Source of the DNA: Malacoraja senta
Lineage: Eukaryota
Assembly (NCBI GenBank): GCA_038087875.1
Contig: CM075981.1
Location: forward strand, 2,542,001 to 2,606,000
DNA length: 64,000 nucleotides
Reading direction: 5' to 3'
The first letter of the stretch is position 1. Each line of letters starts with the position of its first letter. The position numbers and the translations under genes were made by a program. Shown in pieces: positions 59,256 to 64,000 of the stretch. Below the pieces are notes generated by a model. It did not search any database. It had not been told where the DNA came from and saw nothing but the letters and a program-made list of their open reading frames with translations.

Positions 59256-62200
59256 AATAGAGAGATTAAATGAGAACTTACCAGTTTGAAGTTTGATCTT
59301 TATTTTATGAGAAGTTGCGATGAGGGATTACGTGAAGAAGCCCGCCAGACCGCATGCGCGTCAATCTTCAAAGTAACTGTATGAACCCACAGAATAGTTG
59401 CTGACCTAAGCTATAGAGAGATAGAAAGATAGAACTACCGAATGATCTTTATGAGAATAGGGTTGGGAGTGGAGGGCACGTAATCCCTCATCGCAACTTC
59501 TCATAAAATAAAGATCAAACTTCAAACTGGTAAGTTCTCGTTTAATCTCTCTATTTTATGTTGAAGTCACGTGAGTGACTACGTGAAGATTTCAAAACTC
59601 GGTGGTTTCATACTGTGACATAATCTGTGTGTGCAAACACTAAAACAGATTAACCATTAATGGCAGGAAACACATGAGGTATTAACATCACGATGCTAAC
59701 TTGCATACATGGCCATTGCTCTAAACTGGCCTGTAGTCCCAATAGACTGTTGAGTTAGACAATAACGTATGCAAGAAAGTGCATAATTCTATCTGCAAAC
59801 ATCCAGACATATTCCACCAAATTTATAATTTGTTAAGCTGCATTATGTAAACCTCATGCTGCATGTTGAAAGTGAAACCCATTGTATTGACTGCTAGTGA
59901 GCCATCAGCAATATCTTGAGAATATTGAAAGAAAAGGATTATGTTCCATATCATAGGCACTAGCAACTGAGTGCACTTGTATGCCTAATGACATCCCTGA
60001 TCTCTGCCGTGGTGGGTAGCTGTCAACCTCAAACGCACACAATTCTGCTCATTTGCTTATGAGATAATTTCTATAACAAGCTACCCTAATGTCAGTATGA
60101 CATAGAGACTAGGCCAGAGATTGAGCAAGGATGTGTTCTTAATGCTGAGATCAGCTGCTGAAAGCATAATCATTTTAAGATACTGGCCCATTAGCGAAAT
60201 GTTGATGAATATTTGCACAACAAATACTGATATATATCGCACACTACAATGAGTGTAGGCTATTAGGGTGGTGAAATAAAGGACACCCTGCATAACGTTA
60301 GAGAATAGTGGGTGAAGAACTAATCATGTACGTCCCACTTGGTATAGCAGACATGATAAAGCAGCACAGGAAACTCAATTGTGCTGTCCCATAAAGTTTC
60401 CAGAGGCTCAAACTGGAAGCCACACAACCTTGTTATTCCGTATAGAATTGACACACATGTTGTTCACAAGCTTCTCATACAATCGTGCAGAGCTAGCTGG
60501 CCGAGAAGACAGGCTGTCCCAGCCGTCACATGTGAAAGAGTAAATAAGAGTAGCTCCAGCCGTCTACCATGGCGTGATTGAATAGACAAACTGGTACTGT
60601 TAAATTCCGTAAGTGCCGTAAATGTAATATTGCCAAAATATCTACCGACAATGCATAAGATTTATCATTTGCAATTTTGCATAATACCCACAACTCGGTG
60701 ACATAATGCCCTTAATCTGAGAAGGGCAGCATAGGCTTTCACCACTAGCTTTGTTATAAACAGCAGAAACTGTGCCTATGCGTATAGATATGACAGAGTA
60801 TACAACTACAAGATCGATTCTCTGAGTTAGTTAAATTGCAGATACCCAATCACCCATCTTAAACTGGGTAAGTGAACCCACAATTTGATTAGCCTAATTT
60901 TATCCTGATTCGGCCTGCACCATATTTCTGTAATCTTGAGAAAAATACCTCTCTAGTCCTTGGTCAGACCATACATCCTCGGATGAGTTGTCACTGAATG
61001 TACTTGGAATCGCTGTTCCTCCGTAGATCCTACGGACGGAATTTTTGTGGGGCTTCGCTACCCGTGGAAAATGCATATCTAACTATTCATACATATCGCT
61101 GATAATATAATCAGCAGCTAATGACTAGAGCTGAACCACAGTTTCCCTTAATTGTGAGAAAACTAGTTCCCAGTCAACTCTTGACTATTAGAGCCACGAT
61201 GGATACGTAGTGTTTCCCTTCAGTGGAGATTAGTATAATGCAAAGCTGAATCAAGAATTACCTCGCAGACCTTTGACTGAGACTACATGTCTAAACCTCC
61301 AAGGTGCATAACACAATTTGTTGGACGCACCACTCAATCAGGAATAGTGGTATTGAGAACCTATGGATTATTATAAAACATTGTTGATTGACAACATAAC
61401 CTGCAGGTCAGAAAAGTTATAATATATTGCAGACGAGCTTTCTGCAAATGACAATGAAGATTCCAATGAACCAGTGACTCAGGTAAATGAGGAGAATAAA
61501 CCATATGTTGAGAAAAACTTCAACTACTTATTTCGATTGCCCAGTCTGATACCTCTCATAGATGATGAAGCAGTGCTTCTCTGGTCACTATGACTCATAT
61601 AGTCAGCCAGATTCATGATGGTCTACCCTGATCCAGGGTAACCAAACTGTTCCTACTTGGAATTTACAGAGGTTACTGTGTAAGTCACCATGCCAATGTC
61701 TCTACATCAACCTGATGTTATCCCAGAGACAGTGAAAAACCAACTAGACAGCCCATGCTGCTAGTATACCTTAAGCTGGGCCGACAGACTTCCATTTCGG
61801 AGTTTACGGAGGTTAATGATGAGACCTACTTACCAGCGTCTCTAATCCTAGGTCGCTTACCTTTGTTGGAGCTTCAGCGAAGTTCCATTTGCAGACTCTG
61901 TCCATCATGTTTGTCATTTTCTGTCGGATAGCTGATGCTGCTGGCCAACTTCTCTTGTAGTGGAGGAAAAAGTGGGTGGAAAAATGCGAACCTTGAAACC
62001 AAGGCAGCTGCAGGCATATGACTTGAACTGCCTGTGTATGCTTCCGTAATACGGGGCATAATATATATGGCTCCATCTTCATACTTCATACATTCGAATG
62101 GGAGGACTTATGCAAACCTGAACCAGGAGCTGCCTCAGGCATGTGTGCATATACTTTTAGCACCATCTCCATCACTACGTTCAACCGAGTGGGAGGAAAT

Positions 62201-63659
62201 TGCAAACCTGAACCAGGCGTTGCTTCAGGCATATGTGCATATATGTTAGCACCATCATCACCACTCCGTTCATTTGAGTGGGAAGAAATTTGCAACCCTG
62301 AACTAGGAGCTGCTGCCTGACATGCCTTAAGACGGAGCATTCCTTGTGTTATAATTTGATTCATCAGATGTTCGTGATTGAGACAAACCCCAATCTTGTC
62401 TGACAGAGATGTCCCAAGACTTGGCACTACGCCCCCGACTTGGAGTTGTCAGGTTGCTCCCTTCAGCAGCCGCCAGGACTAGCTGTGCAGATCAATGCTC
62501 TGATGGTATCCTCATTTACCAAACAGGCTGCACGAGCTAGTGACTCCGAGTCCTGCTCCCTTCCGGTGCCAACGCAGTATTCAGGGAAGGACTGGAGCAC
62601 CTCTGGCCCCCACACGCCAGACAGAGTGGGAGAAATGCTGGAAACCTGCCAGGTGTTTGTCATAGGCAATGACGTTTACATGACTGAAAACCCTATCCCA
62701 ATTAAATCAGAGATTTGATCACTTTATTGATATGCATAAAGTTGCCGTCTAAATTGGCATGATAATACATATTTATGATATTGCCAAGAATAAAATCTGA
62801 ACTGATATTATAAATCAGAGAATACCAGCACAATGGTGCAGCTGGTAGAGCTGATGCCAGAGACCTGGGCTTACAGCACCAGATCAGGCTTCGCTCCTGA
62901 CCACAGATATATCTGTGTGGAGTTTGCAGCTTGTAGGATGTATTGGCTATGATAGTCACAAACGTGACCCTGTGGCAACTATTATAAATGCCAAAAGTAC
63001 ACAAAAATGCTGGAGAAACTCAGTGGGTGCAGCAGCATCTATGGAGCGAAGGAAATAGGCAACGTTTCGGGCCGAAACCCTTCTTCAGACTGCCAACTTT
63101 ATTATAGCCATACATTAAAAGAATATACCATATGTGCTATAACATAGCTGTAGCAGCAACTCAGCTACAGCAGGCTGAACTTACCCAAGCGGTGTTTAAA
63201 AAACTTACCTGTAGTAACACCCGCAATTTATGAATGTAAGTTTGCTGAATTTGTAACTCTGGCTGCCTGCTCCCGAGTGGGGCTGTGATATCGGCAGCCT
63301 CTATAATTAGGGCCGTCTGCTGAAGACTGTAACGGCTACAACTATAAACCCAATTTTAAACGAGCCTGTCGGCTCTGAACTGGGTCGTCCCCTGCGTGCA
63401 GACTAATGGCAAACAGCCGCATGAAACCCTCTAACTTGAGCCGCTTGCTCCCGTTGGGGACTGCGGCAAAATATACACTATGCTAGCTCCAGTGGAGCGG
63501 CTACTTTTTTGGGGCCCGCGATAGAACGGCCCGAAGAAAACTGACTTACCTTGCAGAGCAGCGCGGGAACTGCTCTGACTAGCGCCATGCGCTAGACGTA
63601 ATGACGTAATGCGGTCTGGCGGGCTTCACGTAGTCACTCACGTGACTTCGAAATAAAAT
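59256..63659 (-). mobile_element. Degenerate DIRS1-like (tyrosine-recombinase class) retrotransposon
   Basis: Inverted termini (59329-59363 vs 63602-63632) plus an internal complementary region (59477-59588) matching both ends; I could not confidently read RT or YR motifs. Confidence 0.7.
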
Positions 63660-64000
63660 GTGTATTATATGTCATAGCTACTTTCTTGCATCTCTCTCTC
63701 TCCCTCTGTGTTGGCTGCAGCCATCGTCTGCTTCAGTGAGGGAAGCAGGTCGGTGATTGATCACAAGGCCCCTTGGAGACTGTGTCTGATTGGCCACCGA
63801 GTGACCAGTGCCATATGTGATTGGACACTATGCCCTTGGAGACAGCGGCTGATTGGACAGGAGGAGACCGATTTGTTGATTGGACGGGAATTTTAAGGGA
63901 AGCTGGTCGGTGATTGGACGCAACCCCCTTAGAGACAGCGGTTGACTGGCCACCAAATAATCGGGCACAAACAATTGACAAATAGGAAAACAATAAAATC

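Overview
Eukaryotic genomic DNA, most likely a cartilaginous fish (skate/ray-like CR1, V-SINE, Rex/Babar and Penelope repeat content). The window holds two tandem copies (period about 38.1 kb) of an 11-exon GH18 chitinase with a C-terminal CBM14, both on the minus strand. Copy A (2085-12319, 472 aa) is intact with FDGLDIDWE. Copy B (39856-56903) has four active-site acids neutralised (D133H, D138N, E140Q, D213N), a deleted exon-2 splice donor and a W317 stop, so it looks like a dead chi-lectin. Between them lie three copies of a compact two-exon gene for a secreted, TM-less, single V-type Ig-domain protein: one intact (20432-20965), one with a nonsense codon and one inverted and frameshifted. 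Copies 1 and 2 differ at 28 of 104 V-domain codons, all non-synonymous and clustered in CDR-like loops, while a shared flanking solo LTR is identical. All three promoters keep a TATA box, a perfect ERSE (CCAAT-N9-CCACG) and an HNF1-like site. This diversifying V-domain family interleaved with a chitinase/chi-lectin pair is the most novel-looking feature. The rest is mobile DNA: Gypsy, DIRS, CR1, Harbinger MITEs, a hAT remnant and SINEs.
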